Below, piece after piece: positions 18,087 to 26,504 of a stretch of DNA of 64,000 nt. The stretch is from a virus. Lineage: Duplodnaviria; Caudoviricetes. A model generated the notes under the pieces. It ran no database searches. It had not been told where the DNA came from and worked only from the letters and a program-made list of their open reading frames with translations. Each line of letters begins with the position of its first letter. The first letter of the stretch is position 1. Where the stretch lies: IMG/VR virus record IMGVR_UViG_3300016744_000001, one strand, 5' to 3'. The translations under genes and the position numbers were made by a program.

Positions 18087-18477
18087 TATCGTGTTTTACC
18101 AGCTGATTTACCGGTGTGCACTTTGCGGTGAACGTATTGTGTTGCCTGACCTTATTGCGGTTACCAGTATTTCAGTTGACAGCTTGATTGCTGCCATTAC
18201 CAGAGGCGGGGTCATCCGCATCCCCGAGTTTGTTGGTGAAGTTGTGCATCTTGACCGCACGCCAGTCTGCTTGTTGAACGCGTATCTGAATGCGCATAAT
18301 GAGCGACTGGAATTCTGGAAGGAGATGCCCCACTTGCATGCTGAAGGGACACCACACGAAATGAACACACACATGACCTTCTTGGGTTTCCGTGAAATCC
18401 CCAGCCATAATCCACCAGAAGAGCTTAAGTCGCAAATTGATGCCGTTCTTCTGGTTCACAAGAACAACCAAAGGTAA
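18079..18477 (+). CDS. hypothetical protein with CxxC motif
   Basis: SD AGGAG; YRCALCGE. Confidence 0.65.
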   Translation: MVDIVFYQLIYRCALCGERIVLPDLIAVTSISVDSLIAAITRGGVIRIPEFVGEVVHLDRTPVCLLNAYLNAHNERLEFWKEMPHLHAEGTPHEMNTHMTFLGFREIPSHNPPEELKSQIDAVLLVHKNNQR

Positions 18478-18482
18478 CAACT

Positions 18483-18695
18483 ATGTGGTCACTCATCGTC
18501 TGTGTCATGGTTGGTGCAAACTGCATCATTGAGCCTGGTTTGTCACACCAGTGGCTTGGCAGCACGTTGTACAAAACTGAAAAGGAGTGCACCGAAGCCA
18601 GGAGCAATCCTGTGATTCTGGCAGAGCTTCAGCATCTTACCCGGAATGCTTCTGGGGAGTTTGCACTGATGTGCACAAAGCCTACAGCGAAGTAG
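18483..18695 (+). CDS. small Cys-containing hypothetical protein
   Basis: 70 aa; SD AAGG. Confidence 0.6.
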   Translation: MWSLIVCVMVGANCIIEPGLSHQWLGSTLYKTEKECTEARSNPVILAELQHLTRNASGEFALMCTKPTAK

Positions 18696-18700
18696 ACTCA

Positions 18701-18730
18701 CTAGTGGGGCAGCATGTGCTGCCCCACTAG
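18701..18730. terminator. bidirectional terminator palindrome between convergent genes
   Basis: ctagtggggcagca-tg-tgctgccccactag. Confidence 0.7.
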
Positions 18731-18746
18731 GATTTAAGCCAAGGTA

Positions 18747-20099
18747 TTACTTTTTGATCTGACCAGGCTGGTTCAAACCGGTGGTGTTGATGACCTGTTC
18801 GACAAAGTCATCCCACAGCTTGTTGCTGTTGTAGGTGACTGACTTTGCGATGGCCGACATGGCACCAGGCTTCGACGGAGCGAAGTTGATTTCCTTCAGA
18901 CGGTACGCATTCGTTTGGTCCAGACACTTCAACTGGAACAAGAACTGCTGCAAGCCGATGGCGTTGATCTGGTTGGGCACAGAACCAGCGTAGTCAGTCC
19001 CAAGATCAAAACCAACCTGCAAGGTGATATCGGTAATCTCAGCCTGACCAATGCTGTTGGAGAAGTTGAGAATAACCTTGGTATTGTCCGTGATGAATGA
19101 CGCACCCATCAAGTGTTTGTAGACACGCGCAAGACCGGTGAGGTCTGTGATACCACCAGTGGAGAAATCCATGGTGTACACGTCAGTCGCCGGATCGTAC
19201 CAAGTGATCAGTTTTTCTGCGACCACTTCAAGGATGTCGGGTGACAACTTGGTCAGAGGGACTGGAGTGTCAGGAGCGACAATGTCACCACCATTGAAGG
19301 TCACGATGCGCAGATCAGCAAAGCTGGTATCCGCAGACGCGAATTTCTGGAAGGTGAACACCAGTTTGATAGCTGATACTAGTACGTCAATCTTGTACAC
19401 CCCAGTCTTTACCTGATTTTCAGTCACGGTGGATACACGAGTGACGACATCAGCACCATCAACAGCGTCAACGGTCCAAGCGACCGGGGCATTGTAAACA
19501 TTACTGTTCATGCCAATCGAGTAAGCTGTTGCTTTGGCCGCAGCAGCGTAGTTGACTGTGACCTGAGCACCGATCATCGAAGAACCAACCGCGTTCTGGT
19601 CGGCAGCTGAGGCGATCACTGCACCATTTTCAATGCGAGCCGAGAACAAAGCGTTTGTAGCAACTGAAGAGACTGCCAGCGTTTCGTATGGCGACAGTGA
19701 TGGCACCATGTTGTTGGTGTACAGTTCTGGGAAGTTGTGGTTCACGAACTTCAGGAAGAAGCTTTTCACAGTTTCTTCATTCAAGGGGTTGAAGATGTAA
19801 TCGACTTCCCCGTTGTAGTAGCGTTCGATGAACGTAGCATTGTCCACGATCTCGTAACGACCAGTCGGCTGTTGAACCAGCCAATCGGTGTTCTTGAGCG
19901 TGACTGTAGCTGAGGTGTCACGATACCGGAATGAATACTCCATGCAGTTGGTTTCCGCAGAACGAGTGGCGGTCAACGAAGCCAGACCACCCATGGTTGA
20001 TGCCATTGACAGAGCATCAGCGATGTCTTGTTCTGTGTCAACTGTCAGTTGGCAAGCTTTGACTTTACCGTCAGTGCGAAGGTATTGAGAAAATGGCAT
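18747..20099 (-). CDS. putative virion structural protein (beta-rich)
   Basis: 450 aa; SD AAGGAG; T/V/S-rich; co-oriented with a structural gene. Confidence 0.6.
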   Translation of the reverse strand: MPFSQYLRTDGKVKACQLTVDTEQDIADALSMASTMGGLASLTATRSAETNCMEYSFRYRDTSATVTLKNTDWLVQQPTGRYEIVDNATFIERYYNGEVDYIFNPLNEETVKSFFLKFVNHNFPELYTNNMVPSLSPYETLAVSSVATNALFSARIENGAVIASAADQNAVGSSMIGAQVTVNYAAAAKATAYSIGMNSNVYNAPVAWTVDAVDGADVVTRVSTVTENQVKTGVYKIDVLVSAIKLVFTFQKFASADTSFADLRIVTFNGGDIVAPDTPVPLTKLSPDILEVVAEKLITWYDPATDVYTMDFSTGGITDLTGLARVYKHLMGASFITDNTKVILNFSNSIGQAEITDITLQVGFDLGTDYAGSVPNQINAIGLQQFLFQLKCLDQTNAYRLKEINFAPSKPGAMSAIAKSVTYNSNKLWDDFVEQVINTTGLNQPGQIKK

Positions 20100-20128
20100 T
20101 GGGGAATGCTCCTTGTCCAAAGTTAAGG

Positions 20129-21502
20129 TTATTCTGAAAGACCAAGCGCTTTGTAGTAGCTTGCCCGTGACAGGATATTGTACTCCACCTTGTTAGTGGT
20201 GAATGTGTGCCAAGTCAAGGTGTCAATGACGTTGTCAGTGACATCTGGAAGAGAAGTGGATTCCCCGCAAGCAATTGCCATTGCCCGGTTCAACCGCTTG
20301 TTGAAGTCCTGGGTGATTGGGTCCATGTTGGTGAACACTGACCCATCTTGGGACATGTGGTATTGATAAGAAGGATGTTCCTTGAGCAAAGAAAACTTGT
20401 CTTTGTTCAATGGATCAGGAATGGTCGTCAGGAACAGTTCACTCTGTCCACAGACCATCATTTCCTGATTGGTGTCGATGTAGTCATCGTCCATGTTCGG
20501 GAAGATCTTCTTCAAGACAGTCTTGTACTTGTACGCATTGATGATTGACGGATGGATCACGCCAAACGAACGCACTGTCACATTGTCCCATACCGGAATG
20601 ATGTAGAACTGTGCCGTGACAAAAAGGTCCGGGAGGATGGATTCCCAAACAGAGGCATCAGCAATGCCACCTTTAAGAAGGTCATTGCGGATAGCTTCAC
20701 GGATTTCAAGACTGCTTGGTTTTGCACCCTGATACAGGACACCAAACGGCAGCATCTGTGTGGCTGAAGGTGACTTTGTGAGGTACTTGGTGAAGTACGT
20801 CATAAAACCACTGTGATCTTCAGTCTCGATACTTTGATCAAGATCAGCAAACGAAGAAGTGTTTGCTTTGATCATCATCTCGATCGCACCAGAAACTTTG
20901 GTAGGATCAAGGATGTAGATCTTGTCACAAGGCAACACAACATTGTTGATTGTCGCCAAGGGATAGTCAGCAAGGAAACTTGCACGATCAAGCCACACAC
21001 GGAAGATCTCTTCATCCTGATCAGCAAGTTTGATGTGGAAATCAAAGTAAGTGACCAGAGAAATGGTCATGGTCGGAGTGACATCATCAACGTTGTAGAT
21101 GGTGCCCGTCACACTTGTCCTGGAGAGAGCAAGGGTATCCGCAACATAAACATCTTTAGTCAGTGCCCCACTGGCCAGAGAGTAGTTGATCGTGTCACGA
21201 CTGTCACCATTGGCAGTGTAGATCATCTCAAGCACATTGAAGAACTTGATCAGATCATCATTCGACAGCTGGTCAAACAAGTCTGTGGGGTGTTTGGATT
21301 TGTCATAGTGGAAGCTGATCTTTCCATTCGCAGCTTTCCCGCCAAGATTCAACCGAGTACTACGTGGATCACCAACTCGGATATTCTTGTTGAAGTAATT
21401 CCCGATTTGCCGGTCCATCACACATGCTGGATACACTTCGTCAGCATTGGTGATTGTAGTTTTTTTCTGAAAAAGTGTATCATCGATGTAGCCGTAGTAC
21501 AT
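20129..21502 (-). CDS. phiKZ-like conserved virion structural protein
   Basis: WESILPDLFVTAQFYIIPVWD resembles a motif recalled from phiKZ-like structural proteins. Confidence 0.6.
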   Translation of the reverse strand: MYYGYIDDTLFQKKTTITNADEVYPACVMDRQIGNYFNKNIRVGDPRSTRLNLGGKAANGKISFHYDKSKHPTDLFDQLSNDDLIKFFNVLEMIYTANGDSRDTINYSLASGALTKDVYVADTLALSRTSVTGTIYNVDDVTPTMTISLVTYFDFHIKLADQDEEIFRVWLDRASFLADYPLATINNVVLPCDKIYILDPTKVSGAIEMMIKANTSSFADLDQSIETEDHSGFMTYFTKYLTKSPSATQMLPFGVLYQGAKPSSLEIREAIRNDLLKGGIADASVWESILPDLFVTAQFYIIPVWDNVTVRSFGVIHPSIINAYKYKTVLKKIFPNMDDDYIDTNQEMMVCGQSELFLTTIPDPLNKDKFSLLKEHPSYQYHMSQDGSVFTNMDPITQDFNKRLNRAMAIACGESTSLPDVTDNVIDTLTWHTFTTNKVEYNILSRASYYKALGLSE

Positions 21503-21577
21503 GCGAACCTCGCTGCTTGTAATTATGATGTAGCTAAAAGCTCATAGGATCTCGGAGTTTCATTCAAATTATCTCGA

Positions 21578-21585
21578 TATATCAC
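21578..21585 (+). promoter_or_regulatory. putative early promoter TATATCAC
   Basis: matches the recurring motif; lies in a divergent intergenic region. Confidence 0.5.
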
Positions 21586-21657
21586 TATAGTGAAAGTAAT
21601 CCTTGGAACTTTAGCTGTCATTTGATGGTCATACCCGTTTAACTTTTGGAGAAAATC

Positions 21658-22059
21658 ATGCGACAGCTATCTGGAAAAGCCACACAAGAAGTGCTGATGC
21701 CCTTGGTCAATTTTGCACAATGCTGGACTTTTGGGTTTTTATTTTTGGTACTGATTGCGTTTTGTGGTGTGGTATTTCAGGAGTTCACATCAGAAAATGT
21801 ACTCATTACCGTGAAAGCTTGGTGGCTAGATCCGAACTTGGACAGCCATCAGGTTTGGATGTGTGTGTATCTGGCATTTTCACAGATTGCTGTGTTCAAG
21901 GTTGCTGACTTTGTTTGCAACCTTGTTGAGTTCAATACTCAAACGAATGTTACAATCCGGGTTGTGATGTCGTACACTGCAACGATGGTAACCGTATCAT
22001 CAGTGAATGCCGTACTGTTGTTACATTTTCTGTGGCATTTTGTATATTACGTTCGTTAA
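21658..22059 (+). CDS. multi-pass membrane protein
   Basis: about 3 hydrophobic segments; SD GGAG. Confidence 0.7.
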   Translation: MRQLSGKATQEVLMPLVNFAQCWTFGFLFLVLIAFCGVVFQEFTSENVLITVKAWWLDPNLDSHQVWMCVYLAFSQIAVFKVADFVCNLVEFNTQTNVTIRVVMSYTATMVTVSSVNAVLLLHFLWHFVYYVR

Positions 22060-22069
22060 GGAGATAACA

Positions 22070-22267
22070 ATGGCTGAGCTCAATGGTGGTCAGGGGATTT
22101 GTCCCAATTGTCACAAGTATGGAAAAATGGTGTATACCCCTGGTGGAATACAGTATTGCCCCTTTTGCAATTACTCACCGGTACTTGATCGAGTGATGCA
22201 TGGGACAAAAGCTGTGGACCAACCCAGCATTGACCCAACAGCTGTTCCTCATCCACCGAGAACGTAA
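22070..22267 (+). CDS. small zinc-ribbon protein
   Basis: CPNC...CPFC; SD AAGGAG. Confidence 0.75.
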   Translation: MAELNGGQGICPNCHKYGKMVYTPGGIQYCPFCNYSPVLDRVMHGTKAVDQPSIDPTAVPHPPRT

Positions 22268-22272
22268 ATCAT

Positions 22273-22300
22273 CATCAGGGTGCAGTCTTGCACCCTGATG
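22273..22300. terminator. perfect hairpin
   Basis: catcagggtgca-gtct-tgcaccctgatg. Confidence 0.6.
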
Positions 22301-22306
22301 GTTCAA

Positions 22307-22404
22307 AATCAACTCAGAATGCTTCCTAATGAGTCAATTTAGCTTAGACAACTATTCGTCTAGGTTTAAAAATTGATTCGTTAGGATTACATTCTGGAGC
22401 GATT
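22307..22404 (+). ncRNA. long imperfect RNA hairpin upstream of thyX (processing site or sRNA)
   Basis: tcctaatgagtcaattt/aaattgattcgttagga and agcttagac/gtctaggtt; all four non-WC pairs are G-U on + strand. Confidence 0.55.
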
Positions 22405-22429
22405 CTATTATTTTTTTATTGGAGGGATC

Positions 22430-23242
22430 ATGGAAGACAAGTCTCAGGAACTCAATGTCCAGCTGATGGAGCACACGCACAATGCGGCGACACTGATCTA
22501 CTCGATCTGCAAGCAGTGCAACTCACCTGACGGCGCGGCTGATATTTTTTTCAATGAGCTTCGTAAAGATGCTTGCCACGAGATCTTTATGAAGAACGAG
22601 ATTGGTCTTGCACCCAATCAAAAGTCCCCGGCTGAGACCCGCAATGACCTGATCCGAAAGGTCATTGCTTCTGGTCATTCCAGTGTGGTGGAGCATGTTT
22701 CTTTTACCTTTGGGATCACTGGCTTCAGCCGCATTTCTTCTCAACAGGTGACCAGACACCGGATTGGGATGGCCGTCACACAGCAGTCTCAGCGGGAAAC
22801 CAACGCTGAGAACTTCACGTATGTCGTACCACCACACATCCTTGAACATGAAGACACCAGAACGATGTTCTTCGAAGAGATGCGACACGACCAGGAACGG
22901 TATTCCAAAATGCTGCATCTTCTTGAAGGACATGGTTACAAAAAGCAATCGTGTCAGGAAGATGCTCGCTTCTTGCTCAGCAATGCTTGTGAAACCAAGT
23001 TTGTTCTGACGTTCAATGCCAGGGCACTTCTTCACTTCATTGAACTCAGGAACTGCCGCAAAGCTCAGTGGGAAGTACGTGCACTGAGCAACAAGTTGCT
23101 TTCCTTGGTCAACCCTATTTTGCCGGCAGTGTTCGATACTGCTGGTGCCCCTTGTGAACGTTTTGGTTTCTGCACGGAGGATCGTTCTTGCGGTCGGTAT
23201 CCGTCCCTGAAAGACCTCACGTTCAGTCTTAAAGAAGGTTAA
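22430..23242 (+). CDS. thyX: FAD-dependent thymidylate synthase
   Basis: GHSSVVEH, RHR...SQR, EDARFLL, NARALLHFIELR, AQWEVR. Confidence 0.95.
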   Translation: MEDKSQELNVQLMEHTHNAATLIYSICKQCNSPDGAADIFFNELRKDACHEIFMKNEIGLAPNQKSPAETRNDLIRKVIASGHSSVVEHVSFTFGITGFSRISSQQVTRHRIGMAVTQQSQRETNAENFTYVVPPHILEHEDTRTMFFEEMRHDQERYSKMLHLLEGHGYKKQSCQEDARFLLSNACETKFVLTFNARALLHFIELRNCRKAQWEVRALSNKLLSLVNPILPAVFDTAGAPCERFGFCTEDRSCGRYPSLKDLTFSLKEG

Positions 23243-23247
23243 TCTAT

Positions 23248-23277
23248 CTACTGGAGCAGGCATGCCTGCTCCAGTAG
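23248..23277. terminator. 30-bp perfect palindrome between convergent genes
   Basis: ctactggagcaggcatgcctgctccagtag. Confidence 0.7.
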
Positions 23278-23285
23278 GGTTAATA

Positions 23286-25499
23286 TTATTCGGCTTCTGG
23301 TAAAACCAAACCATCTGGAAGCATGGTCAAAGCGTGGAGAGCATACCGAACACTGTTGGTGTTAGCAGTGTTGTAGAACTTACCAGCAGGGGAAATCATA
23401 CTTGCTGGTGATTCAAGATGTTTACGAGCTTCGGCCAATGCTTCTGATGACATAATCCCATTGACGCTAACCTTGTCACCATCAAAGTCGGCATTGAGAC
23501 CAGGTGTCTTTGATGGATGAACGATGGTGCTGTCAATGTATTGTCTGATGTTAATTCTTGGGTAATGTGGAAGGACCATATCCCCAAGTTCACTGTACTG
23601 AGATTTGAAGTTGACCACCCGGTCAGGTGATGTGGTGAGAACCGACACCTTACTAGGGTAGATGCTACCGACTTCGACTGCAGGGAAACGAGTGATCGTG
23701 CAGAACTTGTCATGGGTAGCCGCATACGTAGCAAGGTAGAGCATTTCGATTTTGGTCAATGCTCTGATTTTCTGTCGGTCAACGGTGACGTTACTTTCAA
23801 TCTGTGGAATGACTGATTCAGCCAACCATTCACAGTACAGTTCTTTTTTGTACTTTTCCTGATTGGTTTTGTCAATTGTCCGCAGATAGTCAGTTGTGAA
23901 GTCGCTCTTGATTGCCGCATCTTGAAGAGCTTTGATTTCACTTTCTGTTGCGATGTTTTCGTGCACTTCATGGGCAAGCTCATGTGCAATGAGATGCTCA
24001 AGATAGTAGTTGAAAGTCTCAAGTCCAGAAATCGTGGTCGCTCCAGTGTAGTAAGCAATGACGTCTTTGAGGTTTGGGTTCAGATAGACAATTTTGTTTT
24101 TTGTCCAACATCCACCAAATTTGATTGGATCAAAGTTCTCAGCAACATCACCGTTGTTGTCACGGGGCACCGACGACAACTCAAACTTGATGTCGGACAA
24201 GTCAATCCCAAGCTTTTTGTAGCTTTTGATGACTGTGTCCCAATGTGGTTGAATGTACGGTAATGTCAAGGTTGGACACTCAGCTAGCGGTATCTTTTTG
24301 GATGATCCACCAGCAGAGAGAAGCTTCTCAAAGTCATCAATGTTGCGAAGCAAGTAGATGTCTTTGCCAGTGTCATACACCGCCCACAGCCAGTACTTCT
24401 TTCCGTCGACCCCCATGATGTAAACTTCGTCATGACGGCCGTCAGTGTCCTTGAAGCTGTTGATCAGATCGTGTTTACTTTGGGTATCCAATGCATACGT
24501 CACTTGAGCTGGAACGATCTCAACGTACTTTGTTTTCAAAGTAGCCGGATCAATTGCTGGCACTTGAATACTCCCCAAGGTGTACACCTGTGAAGTGAAC
24601 AAGACATTGAGCGCATGGATGACGATTGGCTCAAAGGCTTTGGCTGCGTGGAACACTGAGAGCTGAGTCTCATTGTGCTTGATGTAGCTAGGTGATTCTG
24701 GAGAATCAGCCATCAGTGTTGGTGCGGTGATAACCCCACGAGTACCAAGGGCAAGGTTACGTTTGGCGTAATGCGCCTGACCGAAACCAGTCTTGCCTTC
24801 GTAGAAGTTCTTCCAGTGGTTAAAGATCTCAACCACTTTCAGTTGTACGTGGTACTTGACGTTGTTGAAGAATGTTCTCAAGATCGGGTTGTTCGCTCCA
24901 TTCTTGATCTCCAACGACATCATTAAGAGTGAGTTGTAAAGCTTGTTGACTTCATCAACTTCCACTCGACCTGAGACATCAGTCTTGACATCTCGCCAGC
25001 CAGCAGGACAAACTAACCAGTGTCGGATGACATGACAGTTCATCTGAATGGTTTGCTCGATGACTGAAATCTTGTTGTTTCTTGAAACTGAGTTGTTTCG
25101 TTGAAACTTGAGACTGGAAACATGCTCCATGAAGAAAGCATAACCAGTGCTCGCACTGGGGTTCTCTTTCTCAGCTGGAACAAAGCACCCGTTGGTTTGA
25201 TCCCAGGTAGCATGGACTTTGCTTTCCATGATGTCCTGATACCAACCACAGACGTTTATGATGTTGAGAAAAATCAATGGCGACAGAATGTCACTATGAA
25301 GTGAGATATACCCAAGACGGGATATCCGATCTGGTGTACCAATCTGACCAAAGATTGACTCACTGTACAATCCGAAGGGATGAAATGAACTGGTTGATGG
25401 CTCGTACATCAATGGTGAAGTGACTTCCCCAAGAAAATCTCTCTTGATGATTGAACCGACATCCATCGGCCAAACATTCCAAGGACGGTTTGGTTGCAT
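23286..25499 (-). CDS. virion RNA polymerase beta'-like catalytic subunit (phiKZ gp180-like) with inserted HExxH domain
   Basis: FHPFGLYSESIFG, GTRGVIT, TRFPA, catalytic LNADFDGD; SD GGAG before ATG at 25499. Confidence 0.9.
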   Translation of the reverse strand: MQPNRPWNVWPMDVGSIIKRDFLGEVTSPLMYEPSTSSFHPFGLYSESIFGQIGTPDRISRLGYISLHSDILSPLIFLNIINVCGWYQDIMESKVHATWDQTNGCFVPAEKENPSASTGYAFFMEHVSSLKFQRNNSVSRNNKISVIEQTIQMNCHVIRHWLVCPAGWRDVKTDVSGRVEVDEVNKLYNSLLMMSLEIKNGANNPILRTFFNNVKYHVQLKVVEIFNHWKNFYEGKTGFGQAHYAKRNLALGTRGVITAPTLMADSPESPSYIKHNETQLSVFHAAKAFEPIVIHALNVLFTSQVYTLGSIQVPAIDPATLKTKYVEIVPAQVTYALDTQSKHDLINSFKDTDGRHDEVYIMGVDGKKYWLWAVYDTGKDIYLLRNIDDFEKLLSAGGSSKKIPLAECPTLTLPYIQPHWDTVIKSYKKLGIDLSDIKFELSSVPRDNNGDVAENFDPIKFGGCWTKNKIVYLNPNLKDVIAYYTGATTISGLETFNYYLEHLIAHELAHEVHENIATESEIKALQDAAIKSDFTTDYLRTIDKTNQEKYKKELYCEWLAESVIPQIESNVTVDRQKIRALTKIEMLYLATYAATHDKFCTITRFPAVEVGSIYPSKVSVLTTSPDRVVNFKSQYSELGDMVLPHYPRINIRQYIDSTIVHPSKTPGLNADFDGDKVSVNGIMSSEALAEARKHLESPASMISPAGKFYNTANTNSVRYALHALTMLPDGLVLPEAE

Positions 25500-25529
25500 T
25501 TTAAACTCCATGTGCCTTTTGGAGGATAT

Positions 25530-26399
25530 ATGTCTCAAATACCTGCTTCATCTCCATTACGAAAACAAATTCTCACGGAAATTACGAACAAGTATTCAGC
25601 TGACGAAAGAGATGACTTCATCAAAGCATATCGGAGTGAGGCCACTCGTCAAATATCTTCGATATACATTGAATTGCCATACCTTTTGGATGTTTATCTT
25701 GGTGGTCTGCTTTGGATGACCAAGGATGATCCGAAGGCTTACCAGTACATCATCAGCAAACTGCCTAATTACAACAACCGGATTCAGGTAGAACATGCTC
25801 CGTATTTTAGTGAGCTGGGGATAACTGAAGAGCAACTGCTTGAACTGTTGAAAGATCCAAAACAAGCAGAGTTCCGAATGATGACTGCTCCACCAACAAC
25901 AATGTGGAAAGACTTGAAAGATATCCATCAGGGGATCGTCGCTGAAAACAAGATGCGAGAATCGCTGAACGTTTCTCCAGTGACAACACTCACGTATGTG
26001 ATCAACACTTATCCGTTGGTGTTGAGCGTTTCAGCTGCAAAGAAGTTGAAATCCAGACTGATTCTTGGTCTGAAAGAAACATCAATCAACTTCGGTGTGA
26101 TCAGTGTCCCTGGGCATGAGCTGGAGGAAAAACATTACAAAGAGTTTGACCACTGGTTCATCTACCATTTTTACAATTGGTCAGAGCACCCAGAATCTAA
26201 CGGGGCAAAGGCTTTGATGGACTTAAGGATGGCAAGAGCAGAATTGTTTGCACCACCAAGAGTCTCTGATCCAGAAGTGGTGAAGTTGTTACCAACATAC
26301 ACGTTGGATGACTACACCACATTAGAGAAAAATTCATTGGCGGCCCTGAATGCATTTACCTCTTTCCAGTATTATCGGTCAACGATTATCTTGTCGTGA
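25530..26399 (+). CDS. hypothetical protein
   Basis: SD GGAGG, ATG at 25530; 289 aa. Confidence 0.75.
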   Translation: MSQIPASSPLRKQILTEITNKYSADERDDFIKAYRSEATRQISSIYIELPYLLDVYLGGLLWMTKDDPKAYQYIISKLPNYNNRIQVEHAPYFSELGITEEQLLELLKDPKQAEFRMMTAPPTTMWKDLKDIHQGIVAENKMRESLNVSPVTTLTYVINTYPLVLSVSAAKKLKSRLILGLKETSINFGVISVPGHELEEKHYKEFDHWFIYHFYNWSEHPESNGAKALMDLRMARAELFAPPRVSDPEVVKLLPTYTLDDYTTLEKNSLAALNAFTSFQYYRSTIILS

Positions 26400-26401
26400 T
26401 C

Positions 26402-26431
26402 AGTGAGTAGTGCCAAAAGGCACTACTCACT
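26402..26431. terminator. perfect hairpin
   Basis: agtgagtagtgcc-aaaa-ggcactactcact. Confidence 0.6.
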
Positions 26432-26504
26432 ATAAATATAGATTGTATTTATAGTGGTTAATCAGATGGACGGTTTTACCCACTAAGTTGGTTTGGAGTT
26501 CACA

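Noticed and set aside
23790-24315. Intein or group I intron in the RNAP gene
   Set aside because: The frame is uninterrupted, with no C/S...HN splice termini and no LAGLIDADG/HNH motif.
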